Source: Polyangiaceae bacterium | GTDB taxonomy: Bacteria; Myxococcota_A; Polyangia; Polyangiales; Polyangiaceae | Reading direction: 5' to 3' | Length of the DNA: 10,744 nt | Assembly: GCA_044222475.1 (NCBI GenBank) | Contig: JBGANF010000197.1 | Coordinates: 1 to 10,744 of the forward strand | Part shown: one piece after another, positions 1 to 7,834 of the stretch | How positions within the stretch are numbered: the stretch's first letter is position 1 | How the letters are laid out: each line of letters starts with the position of its first letter | Notes under the pieces: generated by a model | Seen by the model: only the letters and a program-made list of their open reading frames with translations | Databases searched by the model: none | What the model was told of the DNA's origin: nothing | Program-made: the position numbers and the translations under genes

Positions 1-61
1 GCAACTCACCTAGTTGCGGAGCACCTTCCCAGTTTCGCCCTGACCCAGAAGCGAAGGTCCT

Positions 62-1891
62 CTACTTCTCGATGTGGAACTCCACCCGCCGGTTCTCTTT
101 TCGTCCCGCTTCGGTCGTGTTGTCTTTGATCGGCTTGTCCGGGCCGTAGCCGACGCTGCTCAGCCGCGCCTTGTCGATCCCGTGCGCGACCAGCCACTTC
201 ACCACTGACGCCGCTCGATCCGCCGAGAGCTTCTTGTTGTAGGCCGCCGGCCCCTGGTTGTCGGTGTGACCTTCGACGCTGACCTTCGTGATGTCGGTGT
301 GCTCCTTCAGCACCGCGAGCACTGCGCCGAGCACCTCTTCACTGTCCTTGCCGGGCAGGATCTCCGCGCTCGCCGTCTTGAACTTCACCTGCTCGAGGAT
401 CCGGATCACGCCCGCCTGCACGAACGCCATCGGGCAGCCGTTCTTCGTCGGGTCGGCGTTGGGCTTTCCGGCCTCGCGCGGGCACGCGTCCTTGTCGTTC
501 TCGATGCCGTCGGCGTCGATGTCGGCCGGGCACCCGTTGAACTCGGCCGTCGTCGAGGACACGCCAGCGACGTCGACGCACGCATCATCCTTGTCGTAGA
601 CGCCGTCGTCGTCCTTGTCCGCCGGGCAACCGTTCTTCTTCGGGTTCGCGTCCGCGACGCCGGCGACGTCGACGCACGCGTCGTCTTTGTCGAGCACGCC
701 GTCACCGTCGCCGTCGCGCGGCGGCGGGGGAGGGGGCGTGACGACGACCTCGGGGCAGCCGTTCGTCTTCGGATCGAGCGTACGGACGCCAGGCACACGC
801 ACGCACGCGTCGCTCTCGTCGCCGACGCCGTCGCCGTCGGTGTCGGGCGGACATCCGTTCCGCCGCGGATCGTCGCTCGCGACGCCGGGCACGGCGAGGC
901 ACGCATCGCTCGTGTCGGGGATGCCGTCGCCGTCGGTGTCGTCCTTGTACGGCGGGACGAGCTCGAACGAGACGACCCACCGCCGCTCCGGCGACGCGAA
1001 GCCCCGCGTCAGCCCGAAGCCTCCGCCCGCGCCGAAGCGCACCGAGCCGGCCGTGTAGTGCGCGCCGAGCAGGACCTCGATCGGCGTCGCCGGTACCGAA
1101 TCCTCCGCGATCCCGGAGGCGGGCGGCGACGACGGGTTGCTCGTGAACACCGTGCTGCCGAAGAGCTCGGGGCCCACGACGAGCTTCTTGTCGAGCACCC
1201 GAACGCCGGCGGCCGCGGCGAACGTGAGCTCCTGCCCGACACGCGTCGCGCCGAAGAAGCGCTCCGGTCGCCCCAGCATTACTCCGATACGTGCAGAATA
1301 CACGAACGGGCCGATGTCGCCGGCGGCGATCGCGTGGGGCGAGACCCGCAGCGTTCCGTCGCTCGTGTAGTCCTCGGTCGTTCCGCTCGGGAAGTAGACG
1401 CTCAGTCCACCGGCGAGCGTGAACCGGTCGCCGTAGGTCCCGAAGATCCGAAAATCCGTCGTGAACCGGAAGTCGCCGAGAGCTTGCCCGTTCGCCGGAC
1501 CGGAGATCGTGCTGCTCCCGAACCGAGCTTGGTGACCATCCTGAAAGAGGACGAGCGGCACGTCGAGCGCGAAGCGGACACGCTCGAGCACGACGAGCGC
1601 AGCCCCCACGTGCAGCGTGCCGACGTTGCGCACCGGGCTCGCCTTGACGTCGCCGTTGCCGTCGTAGACCACGAGCGGCCGGTACTGACCCTCGAGCACG
1701 GCACCGAGCAGCGGTCGCATGCGACCGCGCATGTCGAGCGAGTCGTTCAAGAACCACTCGCTCCCGCGAACCGCCGGGTCGAAGCGATTGAGGAGCACGC
1801 CCTCCTCGACGTTCTGCGCGTGGGCCGCTCCCGGGACCAGCAACCCGAAGGCGAGAGCGGCAGCAATCGATCCGATTCGGGCGGTGCGCAT
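62..1891 (-). CDS. OmpA-family outer membrane protein, 609 aa: signal peptide, predicted beta-barrel, five thrombospondin type-3-like repeats, C-terminal OmpA-like peptidoglycan-binding domain (TraB-like architecture)
   Basis: Start moved from 2164 to ATG 1891 (MRTARIGSIAAALAFGLLVPGAAHA, a typical Sec signal, with GGAGG 6 nt upstream). The longer ORF overlaps dnaG. C-terminal motifs VEGHTDNQG, NKKLSADRAASV, GYGPDKP and NRRVEF match OmpA-C. DxDxDG...DAC...NGCP repeats are present. Confidence 0.9.
   Translation of the reverse strand: MRTARIGSIAAALAFGLLVPGAAHAQNVEEGVLLNRFDPAVRGSEWFLNDSLDMRGRMRPLLGAVLEGQYRPLVVYDGNGDVKASPVRNVGTLHVGAALVVLERVRFALDVPLVLFQDGHQARFGSSTISGPANGQALGDFRFTTDFRIFGTYGDRFTLAGGLSVYFPSGTTEDYTSDGTLRVSPHAIAAGDIGPFVYSARIGVMLGRPERFFGATRVGQELTFAAAAGVRVLDKKLVVGPELFGSTVFTSNPSSPPASGIAEDSVPATPIEVLLGAHYTAGSVRFGAGGGFGLTRGFASPERRWVVSFELVPPYKDDTDGDGIPDTSDACLAVPGVASDDPRRNGCPPDTDGDGVGDESDACVRVPGVRTLDPKTNGCPEVVVTPPPPPPRDGDGDGVLDKDDACVDVAGVADANPKKNGCPADKDDDGVYDKDDACVDVAGVSSTTAEFNGCPADIDADGIENDKDACPREAGKPNADPTKNGCPMAFVQAGVIRILEQVKFKTASAEILPGKDSEEVLGAVLAVLKEHTDITKVSVEGHTDNQGPAAYNKKLSADRAASVVKWLVAHGIDKARLSSVGYGPDKPIKDNTTEAGRKENRRVEFHIEK
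431..943 (-). repeat. Five ~32-aa intragenic TSP3-like Ca-binding repeats (DxDxDG[IV]xxxxDACxxxxG...NGCP), with a polyproline linker after the second
   Basis: Read directly in the translation: DTDGDGIPDTSDAC..NGCP, DTDGDGVGDESDAC..NGCP, DGDGDGVLDKDDAC..NGCP, DKDDDGVYDKDDAC..NGCP, DIDADGIENDKDAC..NGCP. Confidence 0.9.
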
Positions 1892-1976
1892 GGCGTACCT
1901 CCACGTTTCGCGCGATGCGCTGGCCCGGTCAAGCAGGCGATGGATTATACCTACTCTCGCCAGAGGTCTTCTCGCC

Positions 1977-3941
1977 GTGATTCCCCCGGAAACCATCGCG
2001 CTGATCCGCGAACGCACGAACATCGTGGCGGTCGTGCAAGAGGCGGTGCCCTCGCTCAAGAAGCGAGGCCGCTCGTGGGTCGGGCTGTGTCCGTTCCACC
2101 GCGAGAAGACGCCGAGCTTCCACGTGAACCCCGAGCGCGGGTTCTTCCACTGCTTCGGCTGCAAGGAGAGCGGCAGCGCGATCGACTTCGTGATGAAGCA
2201 GGACGGCTACACGTTCCCCGAGGCGGTGCGCATGCTCGCCGAGCGGTGCGGCATCGTCATCGAAGAGGAGACGCGCCCCGCGGCCGAGGTCGATCGCCAG
2301 CGCAAGGCGAAGGACGACCTCTACTCCGCGCTCTCCATCGCGGCGTCCTTCTACGAGAAGATGCTGCGCGAGCACCCGCAGCGCGAGTACGCCCTCGAAG
2401 AGCTCGCCAAGCGCGGCGTCCTCCCGAGTTGGGCCCGCGAAGGCGCGACGCCCGGGCCCGAGAACGCCCTCGTCGACGACACGGTGCAAGCGTTTCGGAT
2501 CGGCTACGCGCCGAACGAGTGGGACGCGCTCGCCCGCTACTTGAGAGACCAAGGCGTCTCGCCGCAGACCGCGGAGACCGTCGGCCTCCTCGCTCCGCGC
2601 AGCGCCGGGAGCGGACACTACGACCGGTTCCGACACCGCCTCATGTTCGCGGTGCTCGACACCCAAGGCCGGCCGGTCGCGTTCAGCGGCCGCGCGCTCC
2701 GCGAGGTCCCGGGAGCCCCGGACCAGAAGAACGACCCGCCGCCGAAGTACATCAACTCGCCGGAGAGCCCCATCTACACGAAGGGCCAGCTCCTCTTCGG
2801 GCTGTTCCAGGCGCGGCACGCGATCCGCCAAGAGGAGCGCGCGATCTTGGTCGAAGGAAACTTCGACGTCGTCTCGCTCCACGCGCGCGGCGTCGCGAAC
2901 GTGGTGGCGCCCCTCGGGACCGCGTTCACCGAGGAGCAAGCGAAGCTCCTCCGCCGCTACGCCGGCGAGGTCGTGCTCTGCTTCGACGGCGACGCCGCCG
3001 GTCGAAAGGCCACGCGGCTCTCGCGCGAGCCGTGCCGCGTCGCCGGGCTCACCGTGCGCGTCGCCCGGATGCCCGACGGCGTCGACCCGGATCAGCTCGT
3101 GCGCGACAAGGGCCCCGCGGCGATCGCCGAAGCCGCGGGGGCCGCGCAGGGCCTCCTCGAGTTCCTCATCGAGGACGCGCTCGACGCGTCGTTCGCGTCG
3201 GCCGATGCCTACGAGCGCGCCGCACGGGTCAAGGACGTCGTCCGGCTGATCGCCGAGGAGGACGACCCGCTCGTCCACAACATGGCGAAGCGGTACGCCG
3301 ACCGCATCGCCGGCCGCCTGGATCTCGTCAACCTCGACGAGCACCGGCGAGGGGACACCTCTCCCGAGACCTTCCGCGCCCTCGAGCACGCGGTGAAGAA
3401 GGCCCTCGCCGAGGCGCAAGCGCGCGACGCGCAGCGCGCCCGCACCCGACCCAAGGAGCCCCGCGGGCCGGACCGCGCGCGGGTCGAGTCGCGACCCCAG
3501 GGCTCGGCCGAGCGCGCCGAAATCGTGGGGGCATTCCTCGATTTTCCAGGGCTTTTGTTCGATCCGGAGCTGGAGTGGGCGCTCGACCTCCTCACCGAGG
3601 CCGCGGCGCTCACGATCCGTGCCATTCGGCAGAGCCTAAAAACCACGACAGAGGGGGAAAAAACGCTGGACACGAGCGCTTTTCTTGCGCAAATGCCTCC
3701 CGCGATCCAAAGCTTCGCGGTTCGCCGACTTGCCGCGCCTCAACTCGAGACGGCACAGGCAGCGAAGGACGCGGTTCTGTCGAACGCGGCCAAGCTCAAA
3801 CGAATGTTGTTGGAGAAAGAATCAAAGGAGCTTGGACAGCGCGGAGGCGCGTGGTCGGAAGATGACAGTGTGGCGCTGCAAGCGCTCAGCGACCTCGCTC
3901 GGCAGGAGCGTGGGATCAAGGGTGGGACGAACGAGAGCTGA
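1977..3941 (+). CDS. dnaG: DNA primase, ~654 aa
   Basis: CHC2 zinc finger [11 protein letters not shown]...[37 protein letters not shown] and FDGDAAG, DGVDPD. Probable start GTG 1977 ([13 protein letters not shown]), with AGAGG upstream. The listed start at 1719 lies inside the opposite-strand gene. Confidence 0.97.
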   Translation: MIPPETIALIRERTNIVAVVQEAVPSLKKRGRSWVGLCPFHREKTPSFHVNPERGFFHCFGCKESGSAIDFVMKQDGYTFPEAVRMLAERCGIVIEEETRPAAEVDRQRKAKDDLYSALSIAASFYEKMLREHPQREYALEELAKRGVLPSWAREGATPGPENALVDDTVQAFRIGYAPNEWDALARYLRDQGVSPQTAETVGLLAPRSAGSGHYDRFRHRLMFAVLDTQGRPVAFSGRALREVPGAPDQKNDPPPKYINSPESPIYTKGQLLFGLFQARHAIRQEERAILVEGNFDVVSLHARGVANVVAPLGTAFTEEQAKLLRRYAGEVVLCFDGDAAGRKATRLSREPCRVAGLTVRVARMPDGVDPDQLVRDKGPAAIAEAAGAAQGLLEFLIEDALDASFASADAYERAARVKDVVRLIAEEDDPLVHNMAKRYADRIAGRLDLVNLDEHRRGDTSPETFRALEHAVKKALAEAQARDAQRARTRPKEPRGPDRARVESRPQGSAERAEIVGAFLDFPGLLFDPELEWALDLLTEAAALTIRAIRQSLKTTTEGEKTLDTSAFLAQMPPAIQSFAVRRLAAPQLETAQAAKDAVLSNAAKLKRMLLEKESKELGQRGGAWSEDDSVALQALSDLARQERGIKGGTNES

Positions 3942-3973
3942 CGGCGAAGCCGGCGGCCCTTCGAGGGAAAGAA

Positions 3974-5767
<1,794 letters not shown>

Positions 5768-5785
5768 TCTCATGACGGGGAAGGG

Positions 5786-5823
5786 AAGGCCGATGCTTCG
5801 CGAAGCAGTCGGCCTTTTCTTTT
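5786..5823 (+). terminator. Intrinsic terminator after rpoD
   Basis: AAGGCCGA-TGCTT-cgcg-AAGCA-g-TCGGCCTT hairpin (one bulge) followed by TTCTTTT, 18 nt after the rpoD stop. Confidence 0.8.
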
Positions 5824-6164
5824 CCATCGGCGTGATCCTCGCGGCGCTGCTCGCGTGCGGTGATCCCGCGTGGAGCATGACCGGCACCGTGGTCGACGGA
5901 ACGGGCGCGCCGATCCCTGGCGCCACCGTGAAGGTCCTCTGCCCCGGCAAGGCGGTGCCGTGGGAGGTCCAGACCACGAACGACGCCGGCGCGATCGAGA
6001 TGGGCGGCATCCCGGCGGCACCGCCCGACTGCAACGCCGAGATCACGGCGACGGGCCACGCGACGATGACGGTGCCGGTCGGATCGTTCTGCTACCGGAG
6101 CACCACCGCGAAGAACTACGGGACGCCGTGCCCGGCCGGAGGCGGGAAGGTGATCGTTCCATGA
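5793..6164 (+). CDS. Small lipoprotein with carboxypeptidase-regulatory-like (prealbumin-like beta-sandwich) domain, paralog 1, ~123 aa
   Basis: Signal MLREAVGLFFSIGVILAALLA-C (lipobox LLAC); motif GTVVDGTGAPIPGATV..TTNDAG. Clear similarity to the next gene. Start uncertain (5772, 5793 or GTG 5832). Confidence 0.75.
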   Translation: MLREAVGLFFSIGVILAALLACGDPAWSMTGTVVDGTGAPIPGATVKVLCPGKAVPWEVQTTNDAGAIEMGGIPAAPPDCNAEITATGHATMTVPVGSFCYRSTTAKNYGTPCPAGGGKVIVP

Positions 6165-6517
6165 AGCGGTGGTTCCTCCTGCTCGTGCTCCTCCTCGTTG
6201 CGGGTTGCCACCGCGGGTGGACCGTTCGAGGCAAGCTCGTCGACGCGAAGCGCAAGCCGATCGCCGGCGCGACGGTCCGCTTCAAGTGTGGGCCGAGCGG
6301 CGCGGCGGGTGGGCCCATCGGGAACTTCATGAGCAACGACGACGGGATCTTCACCGCGGCCGGCAACCTCGACACCGATCCTGCGTCGTGCTCGCTCGAG
6401 GTCATCGCGAGCGGGCACCAGACGACGGCCTTTGGCGTCAGCGAGGCCTGCTACCGCTCGAGCGCGCAGAAGAACCTCGGCGACCCCTGCCTCGACTCGG
6501 AGATGGTGGTGCCCTAG
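6161..6517 (+). CDS. Small lipoprotein with carboxypeptidase-regulatory-like domain, paralog 2, 118 aa
   Basis: ATG 6161 overlaps the upstream stop (ATGA). Signal MKRWFLLLVLLLVAG-C; motif GKLVDAKRKPIAGATV..SNDDG. Confidence 0.85.
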   Translation: MKRWFLLLVLLLVAGCHRGWTVRGKLVDAKRKPIAGATVRFKCGPSGAAGGPIGNFMSNDDGIFTAAGNLDTDPASCSLEVIASGHQTTAFGVSEACYRSSAQKNLGDPCLDSEMVVP

Positions 6518-6539
6518 CGGCCAGCGCTTTTGGGCGCGT

Positions 6540-6641
6540 CTAGCAGGCTGCGGCTAAACGAGAGTCTTTCCAAGTAGCGTGCCCTCCTGCCGGACTGTTG
6601 CGTTGTCGCTCGGGAGTGGGAGCGGGAGCGGGAGCGGGAGG
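6540..6641 (+). repeat. Left long inverted end: block A 6540-6553, block B 6577-6592, block C 6605-6641 (GTCGCTC + GGGAGT(GGGAGC)3GGGAGG)
   Basis: Blocks of 14, 16 and 37 nt are exact reverse complements of 7821-7834, 7785-7800 and 7736-7772. Confidence 0.95.
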
Positions 6642-6646
6642 CTGCG

Positions 6647-7304
6647 TCAGGTCAGGGCGGGAAGTAGCTTCGTCATTCGTAAGAGGTTGTAGGCGGCGGC
6701 GGTGAAGTACGCGCAGAGCTGCGTTCGGTCTCGGCCGCGGAACCTCGTGCGACGAAACGTGCCGACGGTCTTGAACCAACCGAAGATCTCCTCGACCTTC
6801 TTTCGGACGCGCTGGCTGACGGCATAGCCGGGGTGGCGTGTGGTTCGCGCATCGATCGCGGAGCCGCGATGTTCGGTGATGTTCTGCGCGACGTGCGGCA
6901 CGACATTCATGTCGCGGCAACCCTCGACGAAGCCCCGCGTGTCGTACGCCTTGTCGCCGCCAACAGTGACGGATCTTGGTGAAGACGGTCGCGTCGAACG
7001 TCGGCGCGACCATGTCCATGTCGAGGAACCAGCGAAACAAGAGGTTGTAGCCGAGCTGCTCGCAGAACTGACGTTCGCTGCGGACGGTGTAGAGCGCGAT
7101 GAGCAGCTGCGCTTTGAGGAGATGCTCCGGCGGAATCGAGGGGCGGCCCGTCGCGGCGTACATCTCGTCGAACGCCGACGACAACTTCGCGAGCGCTTCG
7201 TCAGCCAGCTTCTTGATCGCTCGGATCGGATGACCCTCCGGCACCATCGTCTCCGGCGACATCAGGCAGAGCATCGTGGCTTGCTCCGGGTTCTCTCCGC
7301 GCAT
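6647..7304 (-). pseudogene. IS5-family (DUF772-type N-terminus) DDE transposase with internal deletion and frameshift at 6973/6974
   Basis: N-part 7304-6975 (110 codons): MRG..Q..M...VPEGHPIRAI..GRPSIPPEHLL..SERQFCEQLGYNLLFRWF..FDATVFTK. C-part 6973-6647 in another frame: SVTVGGDKAYDTRGFV..PHVAQN..SAIDARTTRHPGYAVSQRVRKKVEEIFGW..AAAYNLLRM. The central segment with the first catalytic Asp is absent. Confidence 0.9.
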
Positions 7305-7701
7305 GCCGGGTAACGTAAGTTCCATCGGGCTCACGTCGATCCCCCACCGCGAGTTTTTGGTGACGCCTCGCCAGTCCGGTCAGCATCCCAACGATACGGA
7401 ACAGGCTTGCTCGACCTTCGGCCAGCATCGCGGCGTCGCCCAGTTGGAGCGTGCGACACGCGTCCAGCAGTGCCGCGCACTCCGTCGCGCTTCGTAGGGC
7501 GATCCGATAGAAGCGAGCCTTCTCTGCGGGCATGAACTCGCCCGCTCCCTCTGCGATGTTGGTCACGATCGAGAGCGCGGCGCGACCGAGTTGATCTTTG
7601 AAATACGCGTGCCCGCGAGGTAGTCGCCCAATGACCCCGCCGGCCACCCCGAGGAATGTGAGCGCTGCCTGGTACGCATCGAGTCTTTCGTGTCCGAACA
7701 C
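7201..7701 (-). CDS. Four helix bundle protein (23S rRNA intervening-sequence protein / bAvd-like superfamily) with ~50-aa C-terminal run-on
   Basis: Family motifs FGHERLDAYQ, DQLGRAALSIVTNIAEG, EKARFYRIALRSATEC, IVGMLTGL. Probable start GTG 7701; the listed extension to 7782 merely translates the hexamer repeat. No clear SD. Confidence 0.9.
   Translation of the reverse strand: MFGHERLDAYQAALTFLGVAGGVIGRLPRGHAYFKDQLGRAALSIVTNIAEGAGEFMPAEKARFYRIALRSATECAALLDACRTLQLGDAAMLAEGRASLFRIVGMLTGLARRHQKLAVGDRREPDGTYVTRHARREPGASHDALPDVAGDDGAGGSSDPSDQEAG
7305..7339 (-). promoter_or_regulatory. Possible sigma-70 promoter for a leaderless transposase transcript
   Basis: Minus strand TCGACG (7339-7334), 16 nt, TACGTT (7317-7312), 7 nt, then ATG 7304. 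There is no SD before the ATG. Motif resemblance only. Confidence 0.3.
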
Positions 7702-7735
7702 GACACCCAGTCGGTCGCCGTCAGAAGAAGTTGCT

Positions 7736-7834
7736 CCTCCCGCTCCCGCTCCCGCTCCCACTCCCGAGCGACGACCCGCCAAATCGGCAGGAGGGCACGC
7801 AACCTGCGACTACGCTTTTTCCGCAGCCTGCTAG
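7736..7834 (-). repeat. Right long inverted end (blocks C 7736-7772, B 7785-7800, A 7821-7834)
   Basis: Reverse complement of the blocks in 6540-6641. Spacers are 20 vs 23 nt and 12 vs 12 nt and differ in sequence. Confidence 0.95.

Larger units (their letters stand above)
6540..7834 (-). mobile_element. IS5-family-derived element (body 6544-7830, flanked by CTAG) carrying a four-helix-bundle passenger gene and an internally deleted transposase
   Basis: CTAG at 6540-6543 and 7831-7834, terminal inverted CAGGCTGCGG at both ends, extended ~100-bp inverted ends, and transposase fragments inside. Confidence 0.85.

Noticed and set aside
1..61. Short inverted repeats downstream of the OmpA-family gene (GCAACT/AGTTGC; TTCGC/GCGAA)
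   Set aside because: Short stems, no U-tract visible and cut by the window edge; cannot be called a terminator.
431..943. Regularly spaced DNA repeats resembling a CRISPR array
   Set aside because: They are degenerate, in-frame protein repeats inside a CDS; there are no identical repeats with unique spacers and no cas genes.
266..3865. 1199-aa plus-strand ORF and other long overlapping ORFs (702-1904, 1929-3419, 4430-6046, 7690-8793, 7721-8506)
   Set aside because: Arg/Ala/Gly-rich shadow frames of well-supported genes, expected in high-GC DNA; no recognisable motifs.
6972..6975. GATC at the transposase deletion junction as a restriction-ligation chimera
   Set aside because: The family normally continues K-N (AAG AAY) here, so the GATC is more likely created by the join; GATC is also very common in this window.
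7201..7701. Diversity-generating retroelement suggested by the Avd-like gene
   Set aside because: No reverse transcriptase and no template/variable repeat pair differing at adenines in the window; the long repeats are inverted, not direct.
6605..7772. PAPAPAPTPE, GAGAGAGG, EREREREE and GSGSGSG peptides in several listed ORFs
   Set aside because: These are translations of the (GGGAGC)n tracts in the element ends, not evidence of proteins.
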